From the NCBI RefSeq assembly GCF_036365525.1, contig NC_090404.1:12366550-12430549 (forward strand): a stretch of DNA of 64,000 nucleotides, in the 5' to 3' direction. The position numbers and the translations under genes are program-made. Position 1 is the first letter of the stretch. Every line of letters begins with the position of its first letter. The notes under the pieces were generated by a model that saw only the letters and a list, made by a program, of their open reading frames with translations, searched no databases and was not told the DNA's origin. Source of the stretch: Heterodontus francisci (lineage: Eukaryota). Shown one piece after another: positions 26,381 to 37,859 of the stretch.

Positions 26381-27774
26381 GTTTGCTGCGTGTCCATCAT
26401 CTTTCGTTGATTGAAGAATGTTAAACCATGCTGACGGGATTAATGTTGACCAGGACACGGTGTGGGGACCATGGGAACTTCACCGTTTACCTCAACAAAA
26501 AAGAGGAAGGGAAAAGATCATTGGTTCTTGATATCACCAAAAAGACAGTAGGGGCGATTTTCCCCAATACTTTGAATGCTAAGGAGCCCCCAGTGGAACC
26601 AAGGTGGGAACTTAAGCTGAAGCATTGGTTTCATGCGCATTTTACGGAAGACGCCACATTGGTAAAAGAGTTGATGCTGGGGCTAGGAAATGTCGCCTGG
26701 AGGATCATTCAGCAGCTGATTGTCACTTAAATCGCCAGTTAGCGCTTATTAATGAGGCTGCACTCCATTTTGTTAACTAGCACTTGACCGACCCTTTCCA
26801 TAAACAGCAACCAGCTTATTGGAGTAAACAAGTTGCTGCAGAGGTTTTCTGCGCTACTTAAAGGTACATCACCCTTTACTGTATCCTTGCTGCTGGAGAT
26901 TTGAAGAGGACGTTTGAAACCAATCAGGACAATTTCTGGGACAATTGTTCAACTTCGCCAACATCCTGTCAACATCTATTCTTGGAATTCTCTGAGGGCC
27001 TCACCCAAAAAGAGTAAGAACTCTGAGACTGGCCTTTTATGTGTCACTAGGCGAAAGGCAGTGCTTGACCATCGGCATCTTGCTGAATTGACGAATGGGG
27101 GGAGGACATGATGCCATGCAGTGCAACAACTGTTTCGGGATAGTGACACGTGAGGGTGAGGTGGTATCCCTCCCCACTGCGGGTACAGAACATCCTTCCC
27201 CGACCCCTCCCCCCCCCCTCACCCCCGGATCTCCTCCTCCAGGACCTACAATGCTGTGTCTGAGAATCTGTGCAACCACTGAATTGGTTCCTAAGTCATC
27301 CTGAAACATGCCACTGTGTGCCAGCCAGACCACCCACACTTATTGTAGAAGTGGGTGCATGGAGCCCATGTCTACTGTTTCCAAGAAAATTGTAGTTAAT
27401 CTGTACTTGAGCGTCAAACCTGCAGGTCTCTGGATTAGTACCTCCAGCCAAGTTCAATTATGGTAAGCAGCAATTTGGATCAAAATTGTGTGCTACGTCC
27501 AGACATTCAAACAGGAGTGTTTCATTAGCACAGTTACTATTTAAACCCTAGTTTCACTCTTTCACCAAAATAACCCCCAAAATGTTTGTTATATATGCAT
27601 GTGTGCATGGATACAAAACACATCATATTGTTTGCAATTCCACAAATATAAAGAATTATCTTCACGAATTATTTATTAGCATTTATTTAATTCAAAATGT
27701 AATTGCAGACCGAGGGTAATGAGCAGCTCCTCACCAGTCTCCGTAATTTGTTATCACTTCATCATCACCCAACG

Positions 27775-28150
27775 AAACTGATGGCGTAGTGGTAATGTTA
27801 TTGGCTTCATGGTCCAAAGAGCCACGTAAATGCTCTGAGGACATTGGTTTGAATTCCGCGACAGCAGCTGGTGAAATTTGATATGTCAATAAATCTGGAA
27901 TTTAAAGCGAGTTTGAAAATGTCAATAGCTGTAAAAAAAAAAAAAAATCTTGTTCATTGATGTCCTTCAGGGAAGGAAATCTGCTATCCTTACTTAGTCT
28001 GGCCGACATGTGACTCCAAACCCTCAGCAATGTGGTTGACTCTTAAATGCCCTCTGAAACGGCATAGCAAGCCACTCAGTTCTAAGACAATCAGGGATGC
28101 ACAGTAAATGCTGGTTTCATCAGTGATACCTGAATCCCATGAACGAATAA
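27775..28150 (+). mobile_element. tRNA-derived SINE sharing its 3' tail with LINE family B
   Basis: A box TGGCGTAGTGG, B-box-like GTTTGAATTCC, tail CAGGGATGCACAGTAAATGCTGG...ATCCCATGAACGAATAA matching the tail at 23160-23225. Confidence 0.75.
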
Positions 28151-28419
28151 CAAGAAGCTGGTGGTAAAGACCTCGCTTGTACGATGATCTATACAAGTGA
28201 TGGTAAAAATGAAACTACCTGCACCTGATGTGAAGTTAATAAATCTGTAAATGACAGCTCTATTATTTCCCTCATTTGCGAAGAAGTGAAACATTTGCTG
28301 CTTTCCAGTGAATTTCGCACCATTTCTGTTTCCAACGATTTCATCTTTATCCTGTTACCTTCACTATTTCACCATCACCACTGACGTCTTCCTATATTTT
28401 TGATGGTTTAGCTCATGAA

Positions 28420-29140
28420 TAACTGAGACACAAGCTAATATATTCTCTAAGATATGACATGGTTTAGTGTGGATTAAATAGAAACATGGAGTTCAGCAAT
28501 AACTAAGACACGGCCTAGCATCATATAAAAAACTACATGGTCTACTATAATATATGTGAGACATGATCTAGTGCAATAAGGAGCAGGGCCTAATATATTA
28601 TGAAGAGGCAAATAGTCTCCTGCACTAACAATGGCACATGGTCTAATGTAGTATGGTGCCACAGGGTCTAGTGTAATAGAAACAGAGATATGGTCCAGTG
28701 CAGCAATAAGTGAGACATAGCCAAGTGTAATATGAACAGAAACATGGTCGAGTGCAGTAAAATCATAGAATGGGTCATGTGCAATATAAAGAAAGAGATG
28801 TAGTGCCAACTGAGATAATGTCTAGTGCAACATAAACATAGACAGGGCCCAGTGAAATATCAGCAGAGACTTGATTTTGTCGAGTACTAACTGAGGCAAG
28901 AAGGAGTACAATGGAAATAGAAGCATAAGAACTGTGGGGGAGGTGGTACTATATAAACAGAGAGAGAGAGAGAGAGAGCAAGAAAGAGAGAGAGAGAGAG
29001 ATGGCCTAGTGCAGTAATAACTGAGAAATAATCCTGAATAATATACAAGGAGGCACACTATTCTGCACTTAAAACTGAGACATGGCCAGAAATAGGGTCG
29101 AGTGAAATGTAAACATGATCGAGTGTAATGTGTATTACAG
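28420..29140 (-). repeat. 27-bp satellite array
   Basis: Same unit. Confidence 0.8.
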
Positions 29141-30049
29141 GGCCATGTACATTTATGAGGTAGTATATAGATGTATATCCCTTGGTCACCACAGTGCTAA
29201 ACTGTTCCTCCCCAATTAATCTTATCATCAATAAACTGAAATTGATTTGAAGATCACATTAGATCTCTGTTTAATCACATTAGACCATGACTTTGTTCAG
29301 ATTGTAAGAGGTGGTGTCTCAGTTATTTTACTGCACCAGACCATTTCACAGTTATAGGGATAGATGGATATGAACATAAGTGAAAATATATGTCTGTGTG
29401 TGGGTGCAATCATTTTTGGCTGGAAGCATATGTTTAATCTTGTTCACGGCGATCAGCAGCTGTGTGCAATTTTTAATTTCTCGGGTATTATGTGGGTAAT
29501 ATTTGAGTTGAAAGGATGGGATGAATCTTATAACAATCTCGCAGAAATGAACTGGGATTGATGGACAGGATAAAAATGAGCAAGAGTGCACTGCACACTA
29601 CTCAGTAAGTAACTGCTGTGTTAATGTTTACTAATTCACACTTCTGTTGTACTGTGATAATTTGTCACAGTTTCTTTTTATTGTTAAGGATTATTTTTTC
29701 TGCAGGATATTTTATTTAGTTTTTGTCAGATCCATTGACTGCATCAGACAGAGTATGGAACCGTAACAATGCAGCACAGCTTTATGGGCTGACGCAAGTC
29801 CTAAATGCCACCAAATACTCTTGCTCTGAGCTGCGAGATCTGAATAACATAAAACTAAATGCGTGCATACAATCACACAATCATAATATGTGTATTTGTG
29901 TAGAATACACATCCTTATTAATATTTACAAGTGAATTCCAATTATGTTTTAGCATTTTATTTCCTTCTATTCAACATGTAATCGCTGATCATTCAATACA
30001 CCTGACGAAGACTCTAACTTTATTGTGCATGACGATTTCGCTATTTATA

Positions 30050-30270
30050 TGGCACAATGTCACATTTCTGTCTGTATTACACCAGACATCGTCGCAATTA
30101 TTACTGCACTCGACAACGCCTCTGTTTCTATTACACTAGATACTGTCTCATTTATTACTGCGTTGCACAATGTGTCAATTTATATTGCACTAGACCTTGT
30201 CTCAGTTATTCCTACACCGCGCCAGTTTATCATTTATATTACATTAACCTTTGTCCGAGTTCTCATTGCA
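30050..30270 (+). repeat. 27-bp satellite array
   Basis: Same unit. Confidence 0.75.
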
Positions 30271-31560
30271 CAAGGCTACAAACAAACCAGTAGAAAAATA
30301 ATGATTATGATAAACTTTTACAAAACACCAGTAGGCCTCAGATAGAGTATTGTGTCCAATTCTTGAGACCGCATTTTCAGAAGGACACCAAAGCATTGGA
30401 GAAGCTCCAGAAAATATTTTCTAAAATGGTACCAGGGATGAACGATTTCAGTTACATGGAGAGGCTTGAGAAGCTGAGGTTATTTTGCTGAGAGCAGAGA
30501 AGTTTAAAAGAAGATATAATCGAGGCGTTCAAAATCATGAAGTGTTTGATAGAATAAATAAGCTGAAAATGTTTCCAGTGGCAGAAGGGTCGGTAACCAG
30601 AGGGCAATGATTCAAGGTAAATAGCAAAGTAACCAAAGGCTACATATAAATGACTTGGATCTTGGAATACAGAGTAGAATATCAAAATTTGTCGATGACA
30701 ACAAACCTGGAGTTGTGGCAAACAGTGAGGACGATAGAAACCGTCCGCAACAGGACACACATAGACTAGCAGCGTGGGCAGACAAGTGGCAGATGAAATT
30801 TAATACTGACAAGAGCGAAGTGATGTATTTTGGCAGAAGGACTAGAGAGAGGCGATATATAACTAATGGCGGGAACAGGGGGGCCTGGGGTTGCATGTGC
30901 ATCGATCTTTGACGGTGGCAGGGCATATTGAGAAAGTGATTCGTAAAGCATATGGGATCTTGGGCATCATAAATAGAAGCATTGATTACAAAAACAGGGA
31001 AGTTATGCTGAACCTGTATAAAGCTCTGGTTAGGCCACAACAGGAGTATTGCATCCAGTTCTGGTCACCACACTTCAGGAATGATGAGAAGGTCCTTGAG
31101 AGAGATTTATTAGAATGGTTCCAGGGATGGAGGATTTCAGTTACTAGGTTAGGTTGGAACAACTTGGCTTATTATCCTTCGAACAAAGCAGATTTGGGTG
31201 AGATTTAATAGAAGTGTGCAGATTTAGGCTTAGGTAAGTTAGAGAAGGAAAATCCGTTCACATTAACTAATGGTACAAGGAACAGGGGACACAAATTGAA
31301 AGCTTTGGGCAAGATATGCAGGGGAATATGACGAAGAACTTTTCTTCCGCAGCAGGTGGTAATGACCTGGAACTCGCTACCCACAAGGGTAGACACTAAA
31401 ATACTTCAAAAGGAAATTGAATGGCAACTTGAAGGAAATAGACTTGTAGGGCTACGCGGATCGAGCAGGGGAGTGGGCCTGACTGAATAGCTGTGTGGAC
31501 AGCTGGCATGGACTCAATGGACCGAATGGCCTCTTCTGTGCCATAAATTACTCTATGACT
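30270..31560 (+). mobile_element. CR1 LINE 3' fragments (two)
   Basis: ISKFVDDNKPG, YKALVRPQQEYCIQFWSPH; ends in (ACTCTATG)n. Confidence 0.82.
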
Positions 31561-33109
31561 CCAGGCGATATGAGGGGGAAGATAAATGACGGACAGAATT
31601 ATTATGAAATAGAATGCATTCCTGAAATTGTGGTGGAAGCAGATTAAATAATAGCCTTATGAATGAAATTTAATAAATATTACAAATGGAACAAAATTAC
31701 AGGCCTCTGCGGAAATAGCAGGGGGCAGTTGAATAATTGGATAGTTCTTTCAAAGTCTGTATGATTTATTGGCTCAAACTTGCTAACTCAGAGGGGAGAG
31801 TGCTGCCAACCGATTAAAATAGAGAACAGGAATAGGTAAATTGAACTCCAGGCATTCAACATTTCAACTTCCACTATATATACAGTGTTAAATCAGACCG
31901 AGTCCAAATGTCTCAGGTTTCCCCCCATAATGTACAGTGCGGCCGGTAGTGCAGGCACTGACTGTGGGTGTGACCGTAAATCCAACATCAGAATAGCTCT
32001 GCCATTCTGAGAATTGTACTGTATCATTCAACTATTTAATAGGTAACAGAGAACTGCACAATAATCCAAAGGTTATGTGGTCAAAGTCAGTAATTTTCTA
32101 CAAAAAGAAAATTGAATGTAATATGAATCATTCAAGAATTGGTGATCATTAATAGATCGAGAAAGATCAATCGTGAGTCGTGATAGGATTGGGAATCATT
32201 GATAGACCGACAGACATCAATCAGTTGCAAGCTATCAATTGTTTGAGAAAAGTGATGGTTGTGGATCTATCAATAGGTTGCAACCATCAACGGATTCGAA
32301 ATATCTAATGTTTGGGAAACACAATGAAGAACAAAAATATTGAGACATATCTTTTTTTTGAATATGATACCAGATTGGCTCCTCCCCCTTGTGTAAGAGG
32401 GAAATACCTATTGATCCAGAAATATCTCTCCGTCTATCTGTTTCTGTTCGCTGACGCAGAGACAGTTTGTTACTCCTACTGATGGGAACGGGAACTGTGC
32501 ACAATACAGATTAATAATCTTAGACTATGGGAGACAGCTTCTTATACAAAGTTTGGGGGGTAGGGGTGCGAGGGTGGTGGGGTGTGGGGGTGTGGGGGGT
32601 ATGGAGGTGTTGGGGGGTGGGGCGGGTGGTCAATCAGTAATCGCAACTCGGTGCCATTCCCCTAAAAACAAATCACCAATTAGACCTCAATATTCATCAG
32701 TCATTTTGCAGTGCTTTGAAACATTCGTAAAGGGTTTCAAGGTTCAAATTCGGAGCAGAACCTTTGTGTAGAAAACTAGTTACTGAATATTCCCATACTG
32801 GCATCTTGTTGGAGGCTTTATATCCATGCTGAAGTTTTCCACGACACTAAACAAGTCCAATACAAATGTGCATCCGGATGAAAAGCAGGATTTTGCATTA
32901 AACTCACAGAACACAGGCCTGAGAATCATGTTCAAAGTTGTGATTGAAATCACCATATTCAGCAAGGTCACCCATTCAGTTCTGTCCGGCTGATATATCA
33001 TGTCCCAATCCTGATCCTGTTTCTTATGTTCACATATTTTTGATATACAAGGGAATCAAGGGGCAGGCAGGAAAGTGGAGCTAAGGCCGCAATAAGATTT
33101 TTTTTTTTA

Positions 33110-33298
33110 TTAAGTTTTATTTTATTTAGAGATACAGCACTGAAACAGGCCCTTCGGCTCACCGAGTCTGTGCCGACCAACAACCACCCATTTATACTAA
33201 TCCTACATTAACCCCATATTCCCTACCACATCCTCACCATTCTCCTACCACCTACCTACACTAGGGGGAATTTACAATGGCCAATTTACCTATCAACC
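33110..33298 (-). mobile_element. V-SINE (HE1-like) 3' half inside a CR1 tail fragment
   Basis: Reverse complement of about 5795-5985. Confidence 0.85.
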
Positions 33299-34210
33299 GA
33301 GCAGGCTAGAGGGGCTGAATGCCTTACACCTGCTCCTAATTCTTGTGTTCTTAGTACAGTGGCCCGATACCATCAACCTGAGTAAATCTCACTGACGTAC
33401 TGAATTCGTGAACAATCCTTTCAGTGCATGAATGGACTGAATGGAGAGGCTCTGGGGAGTGTGGTTATAGGAGTTAAGGACATTTGAATTTGCGACCACA
33501 ATGTATAATGCTCACAGGATATATTTCACTGCGGCAATGACTTGCAATGAATATATGGCGTCAAAGTTAAAGTTCATGTTCCTTTTATCCGTGCTGTTTA
33601 GAATGGTGTGACTGGAACAGTCTCACAGAGAACTAAGTATTTATGCAGAAAAATGGAAGAAAATGTATCCAATGGTTTGCTATCTTTCTGCTGTGATTGA
33701 AGTAATTCGAGTGGGGATATGTTGGATGCTTTGTTGTACATGAAAGAACCACATGTTCAGAAATATTATAATCGTCCCTTCTCAATCCAATCATATTCTC
33801 CCTTTATATCTCTGAGATGAAACTTTCCCAGCAGCTGTGAAGGATCAATAGCACCGCAGAGATTTTGCCAGGCTTCTCTTGGTGAATTGAGCTTGTTAGT
33901 TCTGCGTACCCGAGGGACAGAAAATCAGGAAGGACTGAAGGCGTCAGACTGATACAATTGAATAAAGGAGCTGCTTCATGTTAGGATCAGTCAATCACAA
34001 AGATGTGAATGTAAACCAGTATCTTTCAGGCCCATCCATCCATCTCTACACCAATTTTTCCATTCAGTCATCAATCTGCTCATCGGTCCTTTAAACAAAG
34101 TATTCAACATCCAACTATCCAACAATTCCTGCATCACTGCAACCATCCCTTCATTCACATAAAAAAGGATTTTTATCTATTTCAGAATGTACACTCACTC
34201 TGAGTCCGTC

Positions 34211-34271
<61 letters not shown>

Positions 34272-34272
34272 T
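34211..34272. repeat. (TATC)n microsatellite
   Basis: About 15 perfect units. Confidence 0.95.
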
Positions 34273-35884
34273 ATAATGTTATGATGTGTTGGACAGATCC
34301 TCCAGTGGACTGTTACTACGAACAGGTCTTTGAGATACTGTATATATTCCTTTTCTGATAGATAGGCACAGTTTAGATCGATATACAGCTGAAAAAATAA
34401 AATTGAGTCCATTATTGTTGCTGGGTAGATTTGTTACTAAATAGGCCTCATTGATAATGGTAAGGTTTTAAAGTTGGCTTGCAGCCAAGCGGTCAGTAAT
34501 GAGGAAACAGGTCTTTGATTTACTGCTCAAAACCCCCAGATGCTTCCTGCAAATAATATTGGGTTTGCGAGCCTCCCTGACGGCAGTCGGCTGGGTTTCT
34601 GCCAAATACTGCGTGGAGCAGATTAGTGTGAATATAAATGGACAATAATGGGATTTAACCATTTGACCATTAATTTATTCAGAAGCACTCTTACAAAAAA
34701 ATAAAGTATTTTATGATATCATATCTAAAGAATGAGTTTCGGTCAATTCATTGCTCATATCATGATGATATGGGACCTGGAAATAATAAATTCGCCCACG
34801 TGATAATAAAATATAATTCTAGATAATTAAGACTATTTATATCGTACTGCATGAAGTTCGAGAGAGAGATTTTAATGGCCCCATATCCACACGGGAATGA
34901 GATAAGTGGGAATCGCAAAGTAAATAAATTGGAGATCTCGCTACAGTTCCTCGAATTTTCTCACAGAGCTGCGAATCACATTCAAAATTAAGCCTCCTTT
35001 ATTACTGATAACAGCTGTGTACCGTACAGTTTAATTTATAATGATTTGGATTGCTTAACAAGCCCTCGCATAGCCAGGCTACCTATGGGGAGAGAAATGC
35101 TCAGATGGCAATCCATTTCCACAGTAGCTAAAGCATTTATTTTTGTGATATTCTATGGCATAGCGTTTAGCTATTATCATTCTTGTGAACACTATGTTCC
35201 TGATGACAGCATATGTTACACAGTCTGTCACTACTAAAGTTAGGTGCTATGATTTTGGTGCAGGGGGAAAGATTTACTAGTCGCCATATCGGATCTGATT
35301 CATGAGCTTCTCTTTTTCAAAAGCTGGTCTGAATTTTACTTGACACTCCTTATCAGGCAAGCGGACTTCTTTTACAACTATTTTCCAAAGGGCTGGTTTA
35401 GGGTCACAAAATCAGGAGCAATTCGTGGAATGCAGAAAGAGAGAGACACTTGTATAATGTAAGGGGTTTCTATTCATCTCTGGTCGTGTAACTACAGCCA
35501 TTCATACTGCAATTAGAATCACTTTACTTATATCCCGCATTTAGTTGCATAAATTGATAACATAGCATATCATCGGGGATACTTTATTAGCATAGATTGA
35601 AAAGATAGATAACGAGAGGTGGATTAACACAAAGGAGCCTCGTCCCCTGATGAGTTGAGGAAATAACGGGATTGAATTCACAGTCCCCGATGCAATTGTT
35701 TATTACTGAACACTTTCTCAACTGCAGAATCTCCATTTTGTACCAGGTAATACATTGCATAGGAACCATACCGTCAAATATCTATCCCTGGATACAGATT
35801 AAAAAGTTCACGTTTACTAATAACCCAGTGTTATGAGTCCATACTGTTGGTGATGTGGAAGGTAGGATGTGGATTCAGTAACCA

Positions 35885-35950
35885 CCTCTATTGGGGAATC
35901 AATAGGCGGAGCCTATAACCTCGCCATTTTCTGCCGGGTATTTAAAAACC
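35885..35950 (+). promoter_or_regulatory. VH proximal promoter
   Basis: TATA-like TATTTAAAA at 35939-35947 (about 75 nt before the ATG), CGCCATTTT (YY1-type) at 35922-35930, GGCGGAG GC-box at 35905, inverted CCAAT at 35890. Confidence 0.6.
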
Positions 35951-36020
35951 GGTCACAGGGACCTCAATACATCAGTCCGGGAGTTCTTGCCAGAACCATT
36001 TCCCCCGAATTGCCAGAAAG

Positions 36021-36066
36021 ATGAGGTCGGCGATTTCTCTCAGTCTGCTGCTGGTTTTCTTATGCC
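36021..36066 (+). CDS. IGHV: IgM heavy-chain VH leader exon (MRSAISLSLLLVFLC + C of R)
   Basis: ATG at 36021, hydrophobic signal peptide, phase-1 donor C|GTGAGT at 36067; joins the V exon as R-V-H-S. Confidence 0.96.
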
Positions 36067-36191
36067 GTGAGTAGTTTTATTATTCGAGTCTCTCACTATT
36101 ACTGTCTTAGTGTTAGTCACTCTCTGGACTGTTACAAAGTCAGGAATCATTTCACCAGGATTAATTCTCGGGGTTTTTGATATTTTTTCAG

Positions 36192-36496
36192 GTGTCCATT
36201 CGGATGTTGTGTTGACTCAGACAGAGGCAGAGAGCGGGGAACCCGGAGGCTCCCTGAGACTGACCTGCAAAACCAGCGGGTTCTCTCTTGGCAGCTACTA
36301 CATGTACTGGGTCCGACAGGTTCCCGGGCAGGGGCTGGAGTGGTTGGTTAGCTACTATACTTCATCCAGCAATGCTTACGCCCCAGAGATTAAAGATCGA
36401 TTTACTGCGTCCAAAGACACTTCAAACAACATCTTCTCTTTGGACATGAAGAAACTGAAGACCGAAGACACCGCCATCTATTACTGTGCTAGAGAC
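36192..36496 (+). CDS. IGHV: Immunoglobulin heavy-chain variable segment (VH) exon
   Basis: Acceptor TTTTTTCAG at 36191; [49 protein letters not shown]...[11 protein letters not shown] with canonical Cys, Trp and YYC; followed directly by an RSS. Confidence 0.98.
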
Positions 36497-36535
36497 CACA
36501 ATGAGAGGAACCAGGGCTGGACCCGTACAAGAACA
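36497..36535 (+). promoter_or_regulatory. VH 3' recombination signal sequence, 23-bp spacer
   Basis: CACAATG (36497-36503) + 23 nt + ACAAGAACA (36527-36535). Confidence 0.95.
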
Positions 36536-36925
36536 GATGGAGAGGGAATTCGACAAATTCCGTCTTAACCTGACGGTCAGTAATTGTACTAAATGTAATA
36601 TCAACGGCAGTGTTCAGAACCAGGCCATATACCGTCTCTTACAAAACTAACACAGTGAAAATTCAATGGTACAACTCTAAGACATTGACCGATGTACTGT
36701 AGAGCAATTTTGGCTGCGCTGATTTTTAACGTTACCAGTGTTAATAATTGTGGACCTGGATAAGATACTAGTTTCAATGTGATTGATACCTGTAGGGAAT
36801 TACTTGGGAATTACTTCACTTCCTACTGCATGGTGTAAACTTTTGGATATATTTTGAACTAGATAAAAAGTGAATTTTTATTTGAAATGAATGGTGATAG
36901 GCAGTGCTGAACAGAGAGTGAGTGC

Positions 36926-36953
36926 AGTATTTGTGCTGGTTCGTGTCACTGTG
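36926..36953 (-). promoter_or_regulatory. D1 5' RSS, 12-bp spacer
   Basis: AGTATTTGT (36926-36934) + 12 nt + CACTGTG (36947-36953). Confidence 0.94.
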
Positions 36954-36968
36954 GGTACAGCAGTGGGT
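36954..36968 (+). other. IGHD: DH1 diversity segment GGTACAGCAGTGGGT
   Basis: 15 nt between facing heptamers; all three frames open (GTAVG / VQQW / YSSG). Confidence 0.94.
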
Positions 36969-37006
36969 CACGGTGCTGTACAGAACGAGTTCCTCATACA
37001 AAAACC
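36969..37006 (+). promoter_or_regulatory. D1 3' RSS, 22-bp spacer
   Basis: CACGGTG (36969-36975) + 22 nt + consensus ACAAAAACC (36998-37006). Confidence 0.95.
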
Positions 37007-37316
37007 CCAGACTGGGAGTTTGCTCAAAACTGTGATCACCACCACGGCAGAGGGTCGAAAATAATGAGAAGTAAGTCAAACTAATTGGGAAACGGAATAT
37101 GGATTTGTAAAACTGTATAAAAGTCTCCTGTTTTATTGGTGATGATGTTACGCTAAATCAGCACAGATGCTTCAGAAGTATTCCAATCCCATTATAAATA
37201 TAATGAGGAGTACAAAGTGAATTATCTCTCTGATGTACTCTTGGGGGAGTCGGAATCAGGGGTTTGAGAGCGCTGTGGAATTTAATCTCTGTATTTTACA
37301 GTTAACAGTCCACCGG

Positions 37317-37344
37317 GGTATTTGACACGGTGTGTCTCACTGTG
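37317..37344 (-). promoter_or_regulatory. D2 5' RSS, 12-bp spacer
   Basis: GGTATTTGA (37317-37325) + 12 nt + CACTGTG (37338-37344). Confidence 0.92.
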
Positions 37345-37357
37345 ATATACTGGATGG
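37345..37357 (+). other. IGHD: DH2 diversity segment ATATACTGGATGG
   Basis: 13 nt between facing heptamers; all three frames open (IYWM / YTGW / ILD). Confidence 0.93.
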
Positions 37358-37385
37358 CACAGCAGTTACTGTCAATACAAAAAGC
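37358..37385 (+). promoter_or_regulatory. D2 3' RSS, 12-bp spacer
   Basis: CACAGCA (37358-37364) + 12 nt + ACAAAAAGC (37377-37385). Confidence 0.92.
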
Positions 37386-37709
37386 CCATCAGCACTAATT
37401 GATGAATCCGGGTCAGTGCTCGTTTTACAATCCAACTGTATATGCAGTGAAACGCTATTTGTGCCCAGCACTGTCCTCCTAGCACGGTTTATTATGGATA
37501 AACTGATAATTATTCATTTGTCAGTTGGTGATTTTAATAATTGCTGACATGTTACTGTGTGAAATATAAAACATCAGGGAAATTTATAAAGAGTGAAAAG
37601 AATCATTAACGCAGTTATAATTTTATGAAGAACCATCATGATTTTATTTTGCCTCTGGGGTGTGGATATTTAAAATAATGAAGGATTTCTCTCTATTCTG
37701 TGCAGAGCC

Positions 37710-37748
37710 AGTTATTGTCTGACCCAGCCCAGGGAATGTAACACTGTG
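37710..37748 (-). promoter_or_regulatory. JH 5' RSS, 23-bp spacer
   Basis: AGTTATTGT (37710-37718) + 23 nt + CACTGTG (37742-37748). Confidence 0.94.
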
Positions 37749-37796
37749 ACAGCATGGACTACTGGGGCCAAGGGACCATGGTGACGGTGACTGCAG
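37749..37796 (+). CDS. IGHJ: JH joining segment (SMDYWGQGTMVTVTA)
   Basis: WGxG motif; donor G|GTAAGA at 37797. Confidence 0.97.
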
Positions 37797-37859
37797 GTAA
37801 GAAACATGCACTTATTCAGTAACTGTTTTATTTGTGTTTTTATTTTATATTTCTGTTTA

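Noticed and set aside
36482-36488. Embedded TACTGTG heptamer at the VH 3' end (VH replacement)
   Set aside because: Explained by the conserved Tyr-Cys codons; no upstream V donor in this window
36110-36568. 152-aa ORF taken as the full VH protein
   Set aside because: It starts in the leader intron and reads through the RSS; the true exon is 36192-36496
37326-37332. CACGGTG heptamer inside the D2 5' RSS spacer
   Set aside because: No nonamer at 12 or 23 nt in either orientation
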